DNA of 59,158 bases from an uncultured Clostridia bacterium (GCA_964459515.1 CAYWML010000001.1:1-59158), one strand, 5' to 3'; counted from the first letter of the stretch, positions 37,139 through 47,373 are shown. The notes: a model not told the origin generated them from the letters alone. Program-made: numbers and translations.

Positions 37139-38395
37139 TTATGTATGCACGCGACGTATCTTCGCGCCGAGCCGACGAAGCTTTCCCTCGAAATCGGCGT
37201 ATCCGCGATCGACGTGGGATAGATCGAGTATTTCGCTCCGCCCCTCCGCGCGTAAAGCCGCGACGACCAACGCCGCGCCGCCGCGCAAATCGTTCGCCGT
37301 AACGCACGCGCCGTGCGTAGTCGAAACGCCGCGCACCAACGCCGTTCTGCCGCGTATGGTTATATCCGCGCCCATGCGCTTTAACTCCGCCGCGTAGCGA
37401 TAGCGCGTTTCAAACAGATTTTCCACGATCAACGTCGAACCGCGCGCCGTACAGCACAGCGCGGCGTATTGCGCCTGCAAATCGGTGGGGAAGCCGGGGA
37501 ACGGCATCGTTTCCACCAAATCCACCGCGCGCAAGTCTCCGTCGCTCCATAAGCTTATTTTATCATTTTTCGCATGTATTTTGCAACCGTTTTCACGTAG
37601 TTTATGCAAAAGTGCGGCAATATTTTCGGGCGGAACGCCGCAAAGCTCCACTTCGCCGCCGCAAGTTGCCGCCGCGATGAGAAACGTGCCTGCCTCTATC
37701 CTGTCGCCGATCGGCGTATAATCCGTGCCGTGCAAACGGGGGACGCCTTGCACGACGACCGTTCCGCCGCCCGCACCGCGCACCTTTCCGCCCATGGAAT
37801 TGAGAAAATCTTGCAAATCCACGATTTCCGGCTCTTTCGCCGCGTTGCGAATGACGGTCACGCCCTCCGCACCGACGGCGGCAAGAATAATATTTTCCGT
37901 TGCGCCTACGCTCGGAAAATCCAACAAAATTTCCGCGCCGCGCAAACGCTCCGCAGTGCAATGTATGTATCCGTCCAATTCTTCTATCCGAACGCCCAAC
38001 CGCTTCAAGCCCGATAAGTGCAAATCGATCGGACGCAACCCGATGTCACACCCCCCGGGATAGGATATCTTAGCTTTTCTAAAACGCGTAAGCACAGAGC
38101 CGAGCATAAAAACAGAAGAACGCAGCTCCTTCGTCAACCGTGCAGGTATCTCGTGCGAAGCCGCGTTCGAGGAATCGATAAGGACGCAATCTCGTTGTCG
38201 CTTTACCGTACAACCGACCTCGGAAAGTATCAACAACATATTTTCCACGTCGCGTATCGACGGAATTCCGCGCAACTTCACCGGCTCATCCGTCAAAACC
38301 GCAGCCGCCAACAACGGCAAAACGGCGTTTTTCGCGCCCTGCACCCGTACGCTGCCGCAAAGCCGTTCGCCTCCTTCTATTATATATTTATCCAT
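37139..38395 (-). CDS. murA: UDP-N-acetylglucosamine 1-carboxyvinyltransferase
   Basis: MDKYIIEGGERLCGSVRVQGAKNAVLP aligns with the E. coli MurA N-terminus. The active-site Cys is present (YPGGCDIGLRPIDLH). Start set to the ATG at 38395, 9 nt after AAAGGAG; this avoids an overlap with ftsW. Confidence 0.9.
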   Translation of the reverse strand: MDKYIIEGGERLCGSVRVQGAKNAVLPLLAAAVLTDEPVKLRGIPSIRDVENMLLILSEVGCTVKRQRDCVLIDSSNAASHEIPARLTKELRSSVFMLGSVLTRFRKAKISYPGGCDIGLRPIDLHLSGLKRLGVRIEELDGYIHCTAERLRGAEILLDFPSVGATENIILAAVGAEGVTVIRNAAKEPEIVDLQDFLNSMGGKVRGAGGGTVVVQGVPRLHGTDYTPIGDRIEAGTFLIAAATCGGEVELCGVPPENIAALLHKLRENGCKIHAKNDKISLWSDGDLRAVDLVETMPFPGFPTDLQAQYAALCCTARGSTLIVENLFETRYRYAAELKRMGADITIRGRTALVRGVSTTHGACVTANDLRGGAALVVAALRAEGRSEILDLSHVDRGYADFEGKLRRLGAKIRRVHT

Positions 38396-38414
38396 ACGCA
38401 AAAGCTCCTTTGCT

Positions 38415-39698
38415 TTATCGTATGTATTTTTCACCGTTTTTTGTGCGCCGCCGCGAAGTTATCGGCTTGCCGCGCGCCGATACGGAATATAAAACGCCCA
38501 TGGAAGCCATCGTAATGATCAGCGACGTGTTTCCCGCGCTGATCAGCGGCAACGGCAATCCCGTAGGCGGTATGCTGCCGCTGACGACCAAAGCGTTTAA
38601 CGCCGTTTGTATGCCGTACACGAGCGTTATGCCGACGGCAAGCAAATACGAAAAGAAATCGTCGGCGCGGCGCGCCGCGCGTATGCCGCGATATACCAAT
38701 AAACCGCACACGAAAAACAAGGCGCATATACCGACAAAGCCCGTTTCTTCCCCGATGACGGAAAGGATAAAATCGCTTTCCGCGAACGGTAAAAAGCGGT
38801 ATTTTTGCCGAGAACGGAACAAGCCCGTACCGAACCAACCGCCGTTTCCGAGCGCGTATAAAGACTGTATCAACTGGTAGCCCTCGCCGCGCGGAGAAGC
38901 CCAAGGGTTCAAAAACGCGCTCAACCGCGACAACCGATAGGGCTCGATTATAATCAACACGGGGATCGCCAAAAGCAACGGCAGACCGATCGCGACGAAA
39001 TATCGTATACGCATACCGCCCAAAAAAAGCATGGCGAGCATCAAAGCACCGACGCACATCGTTACGGACATGTTCGGTTCGAGAATGATTAAAACGCATA
39101 TCGCGCCGCCTGCGCACAATACGGGCAACGCGCCGCGAAAGGTACGCATTTCGTCCATGCGCTTCGACATATACGCCGCGGCAAACAACACGAAGCCGTA
39201 TTTGGCAAGCTCCGACGGTTGCAACGTCAAGCCGCCTATACCGATCCAACGCGTCGCCCCGTAATTCGACTTTCCTATTCCCGGAACGAACACCAACGCC
39301 AATAGCAAAACGGGCACGAACAACGCCGACAAATACACCGATTTTTTTCGTAGTTTCGCGCAATCGAAACGCGCGCAAAGCAACATAGCCGCCGTACCGC
39401 ACGCCAATCCCCACAACTGCTTTTTTACGAAATAAAAGGCGTCGCCGTACTGCGTTTTCGCGACGTAATTACTCGCAGAATACACGGCAAGCACGCCGAA
39501 AGACGCCAAAAGAAAGGGCAGAAGCAACAGCGAAAAATCGCCGCGAAGATTATTCCGTTTCTTCTTCGTCGGAAGCCTCGTCCGCAATTCGTCTTTCGTC
39601 CCCTTCGTCCGCTCCGTCGCCTGCCGCAACTTGCGTTTCGCGCTGTATCTCCCGAACGATCTCGACAAACCTATCCCCCCTTTCCCCGTAATTCGCAA
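38415..39698 (-). CDS. ftsW: SEDS-family peptidoglycan glycosyltransferase FtsW/SpoVE
   Basis: Polytopic membrane protein with the SEDS motifs FAESDFI and GLPLPLISAGNTS. The start is uncertain. The codon at 39698 is TTG, and in-frame TTGs also occur at 39668, 39629 and 39587. Every candidate overlaps the murD 3' end. Confidence 0.85.
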   Translation of the reverse strand: MRITGKGGIGLSRSFGRYSAKRKLRQATERTKGTKDELRTRLPTKKKRNNLRGDFSLLLLPFLLASFGVLAVYSASNYVAKTQYGDAFYFVKKQLWGLACGTAAMLLCARFDCAKLRKKSVYLSALFVPVLLLALVFVPGIGKSNYGATRWIGIGGLTLQPSELAKYGFVLFAAAYMSKRMDEMRTFRGALPVLCAGGAICVLIILEPNMSVTMCVGALMLAMLFLGGMRIRYFVAIGLPLLLAIPVLIIIEPYRLSRLSAFLNPWASPRGEGYQLIQSLYALGNGGWFGTGLFRSRQKYRFLPFAESDFILSVIGEETGFVGICALFFVCGLLVYRGIRAARRADDFFSYLLAVGITLVYGIQTALNALVVSGSIPPTGLPLPLISAGNTSLIITMASMGVLYSVSARGKPITSRRRTKNGEKYIR

Positions 39699-40980
39699 AC
39701 TCGTCGAAACTTGCGCTGGCAGGGCTCAACAGCACGGTTTCCCCTTTTTTCGCGCGCATAGCCGCAACGCGTACCGCAAACGAGAAATCGCCGCATACCG
39801 TCACCTGCGCATACGAACATTCGCGCGCGCTTTGCAACAACGCATAGCGATTTTCTCCGTATAAGACCGCGTGCACCACTCTGCTTTTCGGAAGCGCGAG
39901 AAACAACGCCTTATAATCGTAGCCTTTATTTTTTCCGCCGAGGAGCAATATCGTGTCGGAAACGGCAGCGTCGATCGCGCGAAGCGTAGCCGCAACGTTC
40001 GTTCCCTTGGAATCGTCGATAAAACGCACGCCGTTTGCTTCGCCGACAAGCTCCATACGATGCCGCGCCCCCTTAAATTCCGCAAGCGCGTCGGCAACGT
40101 CGGTATTTTTAATCCCCATCAACTTCGCCGCGACAATCGCCGCAAGCGCGTTTTGCACGTTATGTACCCCCTCGACGGAAAGCGCGTCCGTCGGCATTAT
40201 CTTTTCTTTTTCAAACCACAGCCAACCGTCCTCGCAATACGCGCCGCGCACCCTCTGCCGAACGGAAAAGAAAAAGGTTTTCGCCGACGTGCTTTCGGCA
40301 AAACCGCGCACGATCTCGTCGTCGTAATTCAGCACGGCGTACTCCGCCTCCGTGCTGTTTCGCAAAAGACTGCGCTTCAAGTATATATAGTTATCCATGG
40401 TGTAGTGCCGATTCAAATGATCTTCCGTAACGTTCAAAATTAAAGCGATATGCGGACGGAGGGAACGCAACGTTTCCAATTGAAAGCTCGAAATCTCCGC
40501 CACGGCGACAGCCGTTTCTCCGCCGTCGTCGCAGGTTATCAGCGGCGTGCCGATATTTCCGCAAGCCGTCGCTTTATAGCCGCCCTTTTGCAAAATGCTC
40601 GTCAACATCGATACGGTCGTCGTCTTTCCGTTCGTTCCCGTCACGGCGACGCAGGGACAACGCAAATAGCGCGCCGCCAACTCCGTTTCGCCGATAATCG
40701 CTTTTCCCTTTCTTTTACAAGCGACTGCAAGCGGATGATCAATCGGTACGCCGGGGCTGAGCACCAACGCGTCGCACAGCTCCGCCGCGCGCTCCACGGC
40801 GGAAGCTTCCACGAATTTCGCGCCTTGCGCAAGCAAACGCTCTCGTACGCGCCGCACCGCCTCCGTTTCGTTGTCGTCGTATAAATATACGGTAGCCTTT
40901 TTCGCGAGCAGGAACTCTGCGGCGGCACGCCCCGATTCCGACAGCCCGACTACCAAAAAAATTTGCCGTAAAGGAAACAT
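39550..40980 (-). CDS. murD: UDP-N-acetylmuramoylalanine--D-glutamate ligase
   Basis: 476 aa. Mur ligase P-loop GTNGKTT and a strong SD (GGGAGGGGAAAGG). Unusually acidic ~30-aa C-terminal tail. Confidence 0.9.
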   Translation of the reverse strand: MFPLRQIFLVVGLSESGRAAAEFLLAKKATVYLYDDNETEAVRRVRERLLAQGAKFVEASAVERAAELCDALVLSPGVPIDHPLAVACKRKGKAIIGETELAARYLRCPCVAVTGTNGKTTTVSMLTSILQKGGYKATACGNIGTPLITCDDGGETAVAVAEISSFQLETLRSLRPHIALILNVTEDHLNRHYTMDNYIYLKRSLLRNSTEAEYAVLNYDDEIVRGFAESTSAKTFFFSVRQRVRGAYCEDGWLWFEKEKIMPTDALSVEGVHNVQNALAAIVAAKLMGIKNTDVADALAEFKGARHRMELVGEANGVRFIDDSKGTNVAATLRAIDAAVSDTILLLGGKNKGYDYKALFLALPKSRVVHAVLYGENRYALLQSARECSYAQVTVCGDFSFAVRVAAMRAKKGETVLLSPASASFDEFANYGERGDRFVEIVREIQRETQVAAGDGADEGDERRIADEASDEEETE

Positions 40981-40995
40981 CCTTTCCCCTCCCGT

Positions 40996-41949
40996 TTATA
41001 AAATCGCCAACAAACACGCCGCGCCCGTAAATGCGGTCAATGCGAAGTACGCATACGAAATCCGCGTTTCCGAACACCCTTTTTTCTGGAAATGGTGATG
41101 CACGGGCGACATGAGAAACACCCGTTTCCCTCCCGTCGCCTTATAGTATATTACCTGTATGATTACGGATATGACGGACAAAACGAAACAAACGCCCAAA
41201 ACGGGAATATACAACGCGTTTCCCGAAAACAACGCTACGGAAGCGGCAAATCCGCCGAGCGAAAGCGAACCCGTATCACCCATAAAAACGGCGGCGGGAG
41301 AAACGTTAAAAAACAGATAGGCAAGCAACGCCCCCGTCAAGCAAAAGCACAGCAAAGCCAAGCCCGTTTTTCCGTTTTGCGCGACGATGATCGCAGCGAG
41401 TGAAAGAAAAAAAGGCACGCTCGTACCGGCAGCCAATCCGTCTAAACCGTCCGTTAAGTTGACGGCGTTTACCGTAGATAAAAACACGAGCACCGATAAG
41501 GGGAATATCCAACCGCCTATTTGAAAACTGCGCCGCGAAAACGGAAGGTATACGCTCGTCAACTCCGCGCGCATACAATATACGCCTGCGAGAATCGCCA
41601 CCGCCGTTTGAAAAAGCAATTTTTGCCATGCGCGAAGCCCTAAATTCTCTTTATGCAGAATCTTCATGCAATCGTCCAATAGTCCGATCGTCATATAGGA
41701 AAGCCCGATCGCCGCGCTGATAACCAACGAGCGTTCCGCCCTTTCGGCAAAAAGCGTTACGGACAATACGGCGGCGGCTATAAAAGCGATACCGCCCATC
41801 GTAGGCGTACCGCTCTTTTGCTTATGTTCCTTTACGTAGGAAAGAATATTTTGCCCTGCGTGCAAACGACGAAGCAACGGAATCCCGATCGTCAAAAACA
41901 AAAACGAAAGCACGAATGCGATCCACGCCGCCGAAAGATAGATTTTCAT
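40996..41949 (-). CDS. mraY: Phospho-N-acetylmuramoyl-pentapeptide transferase
   Basis: 317 aa. Polytopic, with the motifs NLTDGLDGLA and PVHHHF. Confidence 0.93.
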   Translation of the reverse strand: MKIYLSAAWIAFVLSFLFLTIGIPLLRRLHAGQNILSYVKEHKQKSGTPTMGGIAFIAAAVLSVTLFAERAERSLVISAAIGLSYMTIGLLDDCMKILHKENLGLRAWQKLLFQTAVAILAGVYCMRAELTSVYLPFSRRSFQIGGWIFPLSVLVFLSTVNAVNLTDGLDGLAAGTSVPFFLSLAAIIVAQNGKTGLALLCFCLTGALLAYLFFNVSPAAVFMGDTGSLSLGGFAASVALFSGNALYIPVLGVCFVLSVISVIIQVIYYKATGGKRVFLMSPVHHHFQKKGCSETRISYAYFALTAFTGAACLLAIL

Positions 41950-41964
41950 TGCTTCCCCCTTTCG

Positions 41965-43434
41965 TCAATACGTCGGCTTGCCCTTTCCGCGTATCAGCTT
42001 CTCTACGACAGTTTGGTCGTCAAAGGGATATTTTATGCCCATGATCTCCTGATAGTCCTCGCCGCCCTTGCCGGCTATCAATAGTATATCTCCTCGTTTC
42101 GCATAGTCCAAGCCGTACTCGATGGCTTGCTTACGGTCGGGCACGACAACGTACCGAACGGAAAAACGACGATACCCTTTTTCGATTTCGGAAAGTATAT
42201 CCAACGGATCTTCGTACCGCGGATTATCCGACGTCAGAATACAAAAATCCGCCGTCTTGGCGGCGACCTCCCCCATGACGGAACGCTTGCCCTTATCGCG
42301 ATTTCCGCCGCACCCGAACAAACATATGAGCCGCCCTCGGCAATACTTGCGCAACGCGTACAACGATTTTCGCAATCCGTCGGGCGTATGCGCAAAATCC
42401 ACATAAACGTCCACGCCGTCGTACAAGCCGATATGCTGCAATCGACCGCGCGGCGCGACGACGCGCCGCAACCCCTCCGCCGCGACGGACAACTCTACGC
42501 CGAGAGCGCACGCGCAAGCGGCTGCCGCCAAAGCGTTGTACACGTTATGCCGCCCCGTCATGGAAAGTTCGACGCGCGCCAAAGCGTCGTTCACGTTCAA
42601 CATAAACGACGCGTATTGTAAACGTTCCTCCGTGATTACGGCAAAAGCATCCGTAGGCGTATTCATGCCGTAATATAAAGTCGGCAACGAACGTCCTTCG
42701 CGTTGCGCGCCGAAAACGCGCCCCACGCCGTCGTCGCCGTTGAGCACGGCAATTTTGCATGCGTTTTCTTCGAATAAACGACTCTTTGCCTGCTGGTACG
42801 CCTCCATTGTCCCGAAAAAATCCAAATGGTCTTGCGTTAAATTGGTAAATACGCAAGCGGCAAAAACGATGCCTTCCGTCTTTTTATAATAGAGCGCGTG
42901 CGCGGAAACTTCCATCACCGCGTATTCCACGCCCTCGGACAACATATCGGCGAAAGTTTTATGCAATTCCGACGGATCGGGCGTCGTCAGGGAAGAAGGA
43001 AAAACTTTTCCGCCGTATTCCGTGCCGAGCGTACCGATAATACCCGTTTTCTTCCCTGCGGAGCGCAAAATCGTCGCGAGCATTTTCGCCACCGTCGTTT
43101 TCCCGTTCGTACCCGTAATGCCTACGATTTTCATTTTTCGGGCAGGGTTGCCGTAAAACGCCGCCGCAATCAAGCCCCAAGCGCGCCGCGTATCGGGCAC
43201 GCAAAGTTGCGGCACGCCCACCTTTAACGCGCGCTCCGTAACCACGGCAATCGCCCCGTTTTTAACGGCAGTCTCCGCAAAAGCGTGCCCGTCGTATTTT
43301 TCCCCTTTCAAACAAATAAACAACGCGCCCTCGCCGCACGCGCGACTGTCCGTCGAAAGAGAATAAAACTCCTTTTCTCCGTCCACGCCTTCCGTCCGCG
43401 CGCCGATACACTCCGCTATCGTCGATATTTTCAT
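41965..43434 (-). CDS. murE: UDP-N-acetylmuramoyl-L-alanyl-D-glutamate--2,6-diaminopimelate ligase
   Basis: GITGTNGKTT, TTPD, and the DNPR motif (TSDNPRYEDP), which indicates meso-DAP specificity. Start set to the ATG at 43434, 6 nt after GGGGAGGGAG; the ORF-track start at 43458 is TTG. Confidence 0.88.
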   Translation of the reverse strand: MKISTIAECIGARTEGVDGEKEFYSLSTDSRACGEGALFICLKGEKYDGHAFAETAVKNGAIAVVTERALKVGVPQLCVPDTRRAWGLIAAAFYGNPARKMKIVGITGTNGKTTVAKMLATILRSAGKKTGIIGTLGTEYGGKVFPSSLTTPDPSELHKTFADMLSEGVEYAVMEVSAHALYYKKTEGIVFAACVFTNLTQDHLDFFGTMEAYQQAKSRLFEENACKIAVLNGDDGVGRVFGAQREGRSLPTLYYGMNTPTDAFAVITEERLQYASFMLNVNDALARVELSMTGRHNVYNALAAAACACALGVELSVAAEGLRRVVAPRGRLQHIGLYDGVDVYVDFAHTPDGLRKSLYALRKYCRGRLICLFGCGGNRDKGKRSVMGEVAAKTADFCILTSDNPRYEDPLDILSEIEKGYRRFSVRYVVVPDRKQAIEYGLDYAKRGDILLIAGKGGEDYQEIMGIKYPFDDQTVVEKLIRGKGKPTY

Positions 43435-43489
43435 CTTCTCCCTCCCCGCCTTAGACAACGCCGCATAACGACGTATTCCTTATATTATG

Positions 43490-45271
43490 TTATTCGGCAA
43501 CGCTCGAATGTATGTTTTTCAGCGTTACGATTCCTTGAAATATTTCTCCTGCGCACGGCGCGGCGACTACGCTTCCGTAATACGCGCCCTGCGGTTCGTC
43601 TACGGTTACCAACGCCAAATATTGCGGATTTTCCGTCGGAAAACCGCCGATAAACGAAGAAACATACCGCCCTGCGGCAATTTTCCCGTCCGCATATTTT
43701 TGCGACGTGCCCGTTTTCCCGAATACGCTTATACCGTCTACGTAAGCCTTTTTTCCGCTACCGACGCGCACCACGCCCTCCAACATCGTCCGCAAGCGTT
43801 GCGACGTCGCTTCGCTGACCGTGCGATTGCGCAAAGTTTTTTCTTTTTTCAAGACTTCGTACCCGTCGTCCGCATAAATTCTGCGCACCAAATGCGGTTC
43901 GTAATAATAACCGCCGTTTACCGCCGAAGCAACGGCGCAAGCAAGCTGTATCCCCGAAACTGCAATCGTTTGCCCGAAGCCGATACGCGCCAAATCGCAC
44001 GCACGGACCGCCGTTTCCGCGAGCAACAAACCGTACGCCTCGCCGCCGAAATCCACGCCTGTCTTTTGTCCGAAACCAAACGTCGATAAATAGGAATACA
44101 CGGTTTCCTTGCCCAAAGCGAGCACGATGTCCGTAAAGCAGGGATTACAGCTATTGTTCAAGGCTTCGGCTAGCGTTTGATTGCTGTGTTTTCCGTTGGC
44201 GTGATTGCTCCAACATTTCACCGTCGTGCCGTCCACCGATCGCGTACGCGCGCTGGAAAAGACATAGCTCGGCGAAAACGCATTCGCGTTGCCTCGCGCG
44301 TATTCTTCCAAATCAATCGCGGCGGTGATCGTCTTAAAAGTCGAACCCGGCTCGTACACGTCGCAAATCAAATGGTTGCGCGTGAGTTCGTTCAACAGTT
44401 CCGCTTCGTTTCTCGGCACGGCGTTCAAATCGTAGGAAGGATAATTCGCCAAAGCAAGCACCTCGAAGTTGTTTACGTCCAATACGATACAAGAAGCCGA
44501 TTTCGGCGAATACTCCGCGTACACGCGCGCAAGCGCGCTCTCTACGATTTCCTGTATGCCGTAATCGACGGTAAGCTCGACGTTGTAGCCGTCCTCCGCC
44601 GGTAAATAGGTGGCTACGCCGTCCGCAAGTTCCACGCCCACCAAATCGGTTTCGTATAAAATTTCACCCTTTTTCCCTGCGAGGTATTTTTCGTAATATT
44701 TCTCCACGCCCGTCGTGCCGACGTTATCCGACGACGTGAAGCCGAGCACCTGACACAAGACTTCCCCCTTCGGATAAAACCGCACGTTGTCGCGCGAATA
44801 ATACACGCCGTCCAAAGAAAGCGCGGACAGCTTTTCGATCTGCGCCTTTTCCACGCGCTTCGCCACGGTTATTTCCGAAGCTTTTTTCTTCGTCAACCGC
44901 TCGTACACCGTATCCGAGTCCAAGCCCAAGCTCTGCGCCAACAGCGTAGCGCAAAGCCGCGTATCGCGCACGGCGTTGGACCGCGCAAAAACCGTATACG
45001 CCGTGGAATTGTCGGCAAGCACGACGCCGTTGCGATCGGTAATCTTTCCGCGGCGCGGTATCAACGGGATCTCCCTCGTCCATTGATCGAGCGCACGATA
45101 GCCGAGTTCTTCGCTCCAAATGACCTGCACGTAAAAAAAACGAGCGAATAAAAAGCAAAAAAGAAAGGTTATTGCCAAAGTAATGGCAAATAACCTCTTT
45201 CGTAAAATCGATATGGAATATTCCGTTTTCGACCGTTTGATAATGCTACTCCTTTTTTTAGAATTTACCAA
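43490..45271 (-). CDS. Class B penicillin-binding protein (FtsI/SpoVD-like transpeptidase)
   Basis: 593 aa. N-terminal TM helix, PBP dimerisation domain, active-site STFK, and KTGT. No PASTA domain. TTG at 45271 overlaps ftsL by 7 nt, so the start is uncertain. Confidence 0.88.
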   Translation of the reverse strand: MVNSKKRSSIIKRSKTEYSISILRKRLFAITLAITFLFCFLFARFFYVQVIWSEELGYRALDQWTREIPLIPRRGKITDRNGVVLADNSTAYTVFARSNAVRDTRLCATLLAQSLGLDSDTVYERLTKKKASEITVAKRVEKAQIEKLSALSLDGVYYSRDNVRFYPKGEVLCQVLGFTSSDNVGTTGVEKYYEKYLAGKKGEILYETDLVGVELADGVATYLPAEDGYNVELTVDYGIQEIVESALARVYAEYSPKSASCIVLDVNNFEVLALANYPSYDLNAVPRNEAELLNELTRNHLICDVYEPGSTFKTITAAIDLEEYARGNANAFSPSYVFSSARTRSVDGTTVKCWSNHANGKHSNQTLAEALNNSCNPCFTDIVLALGKETVYSYLSTFGFGQKTGVDFGGEAYGLLLAETAVRACDLARIGFGQTIAVSGIQLACAVASAVNGGYYYEPHLVRRIYADDGYEVLKKEKTLRNRTVSEATSQRLRTMLEGVVRVGSGKKAYVDGISVFGKTGTSQKYADGKIAAGRYVSSFIGGFPTENPQYLALVTVDEPQGAYYGSVVAAPCAGEIFQGIVTLKNIHSSVAE

Positions 45272-45888
45272 CCGTGCGCTTCCGCGTATGCGCGGATTGC
45301 CTCCTCCGAGCGCGCCTCTTCGATGCGACGTTGCAATTCCTCGCTTTGCTCCATGAGCTGTTCCTTTTTCTTCTCCAAATTCTGTATCTTCACGCGCTTT
45401 TGATTGATTAAATGCGTATTGATACAGATCATCGAAATCATTGCGACGATGACGAGGGTAAAAATCGCCATAACCATTTTCGCGAGGGGCGTAAGGCTAT
45501 ATTGCGACTCCGTTTTCACGCGGATCGACGTGACGGGCGCGGCGATAACGGGCGCGGCAACGACTGCGGGGGCAACCTCGACAGCCGCCTCCTCGTAACC
45601 TTGTATTCTTTCAAATTTTTCCGTCGTAAACAACGCCGAAGCCGAAGGCGTCGGGACGTATTCCGTCACTTGCGGCGTTTGCACCGACGCGGCGACGTTT
45701 TCCTCCGAATCGGCGTAAACGGAAGGCGCGGCAACCGTTTCTTGCGCCGTATAAGTATCCTCTGCGAATTGGTATGCTTCCGCGCTCTGCAACTTGCGAT
45801 ACCGCTCGTTGATCATAGCGTTGTGTTTTTGCGCTTCCGACGTTGCGTTGGAATATTGTGTTTTCGTATTCTCAAGTATCGTTTCCAT
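45265..45888 (-). CDS. ftsL: Cell division protein FtsL-like (septum formation initiator) with a long N-terminal extension
   Basis: A single TM helix (MVMAIFTLVIVAMISMICI) followed by a coiled-coil (NLEKKKEQLMEQSEELQRRIEEA), in the conserved rsmH-ftsL-pbp position. Confidence 0.75.
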   Translation of the reverse strand: METILENTKTQYSNATSEAQKHNAMINERYRKLQSAEAYQFAEDTYTAQETVAAPSVYADSEENVAASVQTPQVTEYVPTPSASALFTTEKFERIQGYEEAAVEVAPAVVAAPVIAAPVTSIRVKTESQYSLTPLAKMVMAIFTLVIVAMISMICINTHLINQKRVKIQNLEKKKEQLMEQSEELQRRIEEARSEEAIRAYAEAHGW

Positions 45889-45949
45889 TTCCGCTCCTCC
45901 GTTTTTCTTTTTTTCTCTCGTTTCCTATGCCCTAACTCTAAACTATCGG

Positions 45950-46888
45950 TTAAATGCGTTCGGCTATACGCAGCTTCGCGCACTTGCTTCTTGAATTTTC
46001 GGCGATTTCCTTTGCCGTCGCCGTGATCGGCTTTTTCGTGATAATGCGTACTTCCGCTTTCTTGCCGCATACGCAAACGGGAAAGTTTGCAGGACAAGTG
46101 CACGGATTTTCCATTTGCCGAAAGGCTTCTTTAACAATCCTGTCCTCTAAGGAATGAAAGGTCAAAATCGCAATTCTTCCGCCTTTTTTTAAGTGTCTCG
46201 TCAGCGAAAGCACCAATTCGTACAAACCGTCCAACTCTCCGTTTACTTCGATGCGAAGCGCCTGAAAGCACTTCCGTTCGCACGGTGCGCCGTAGCGGAA
46301 CTTGGCAGGAATGCTGCCGCGAATGATCTCCGCAAGCTCACCCGAAGTTTTCAACGGTTTTTCGGCGCGTTTCTTGACAATATTCGCGGCGATCTGTTTG
46401 GCAAAAGTTTCCTCGCCGTACAGCTTGAATATCCTTGCGAGCGCTTCCTCCGAATAAGTATTCGTCACAATCTCCGCCGTCAAATACGCCGATCGGTTCA
46501 TGCGCATGTCGAGCGGTGCGTCCGCGGCGCGATAGGTAAAGCCGCGTTCCGTATCGTCTATTTGATGAGAAGAAACGCCGAAATCGAGCAACGCCCCGTC
46601 GATTTTCTCCACACCGGCTCGATCGAACACGACGGAAAAATCCTTGTAGTTGGACTTATAAATCGAAAATCGTCCGTCAAATGCTTTCAAACGCTCGGTC
46701 GCGGCGGCAATCGCTTCGTCGTCCAAATCCGTGGCGATCAAACGACCGCTCGGCGCGCTCCGCCTTAAAATTTCGTAGGAATGTCCGCCGCCGCCTACCG
46801 TCCCGTCGAACCAAATACCGCCGTCCGACAGGTTCAGCCCCTCCATACACTCTTCGAGCATAACAGATTTGTGCGAAAATTCCAACAT
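45950..46888 (-). CDS. rsmH: 16S rRNA (cytosine1402-N4)-methyltransferase
   Basis: 312 aa. HKSVMLEE N-terminus, SAM-binding DGTVGGGGHS, and FHSLEDRIVK. Confidence 0.95.
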   Translation of the reverse strand: MLEFSHKSVMLEECMEGLNLSDGGIWFDGTVGGGGHSYEILRRSAPSGRLIATDLDDEAIAAATERLKAFDGRFSIYKSNYKDFSVVFDRAGVEKIDGALLDFGVSSHQIDDTERGFTYRAADAPLDMRMNRSAYLTAEIVTNTYSEEALARIFKLYGEETFAKQIAANIVKKRAEKPLKTSGELAEIIRGSIPAKFRYGAPCERKCFQALRIEVNGELDGLYELVLSLTRHLKKGGRIAILTFHSLEDRIVKEAFRQMENPCTCPANFPVCVCGKKAEVRIITKKPITATAKEIAENSRSKCAKLRIAERI

Positions 46889-46890
46889 GC

Positions 46891-47316
46891 TTATATCCCC
46901 AATTTCCTCAATTCGGAATCGTAATCGACCCCTGCAATGTATTCGTAATACTTATCCGCAGCCCAAATCTCCAAACGATTGCCGCGCCCTAAGGTGACGA
47001 CCTCTTTTTGTATGCCTGCGATCTTTCGCAAAACGGAAGGCAACACCACGCGCCCTTGCGCATCTTCCTCAGCCGAAAAAATACTGCCGAAGAATAACGT
47101 CGAAGCCCGATTGCTTTCCGATATCCCTTCCGACGCCAAAGAAGCGATGGTATCGTCCAGCTCCTCGTCCGACATAACGCAAATACAGTTGTGCATGCCT
47201 CGGAAAAAGCTGTAACTATTTTCGCCGTTTTCGCCCGTAAGCTCTTTCTTGAACTTGGAGGGAATACGCAAACGATTTTTGTCGTCGAGCTGATGCTCGT
47301 ACATGCCTTTGAACAT
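46891..47316 (-). CDS. mraZ: Transcriptional regulator MraZ
   Basis: 141 aa. Two SpoVT/AbrB-like halves, each with a DxxxR motif (LDDKNRLRIP and EDAQGRVVLP). SD GGAGG. Confidence 0.93.
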   Translation of the reverse strand: MFKGMYEHQLDDKNRLRIPSKFKKELTGENGENSYSFFRGMHNCICVMSDEELDDTIASLASEGISESNRASTLFFGSIFSAEEDAQGRVVLPSVLRKIAGIQKEVVTLGRGNRLEIWAADKYYEYIAGVDYDSELRKLGI

Positions 47317-47373
47317 TTTGCGCTACCTCCTCGTTTTTCTCCTATACCCTACTCTAACGGATACTATGACACT

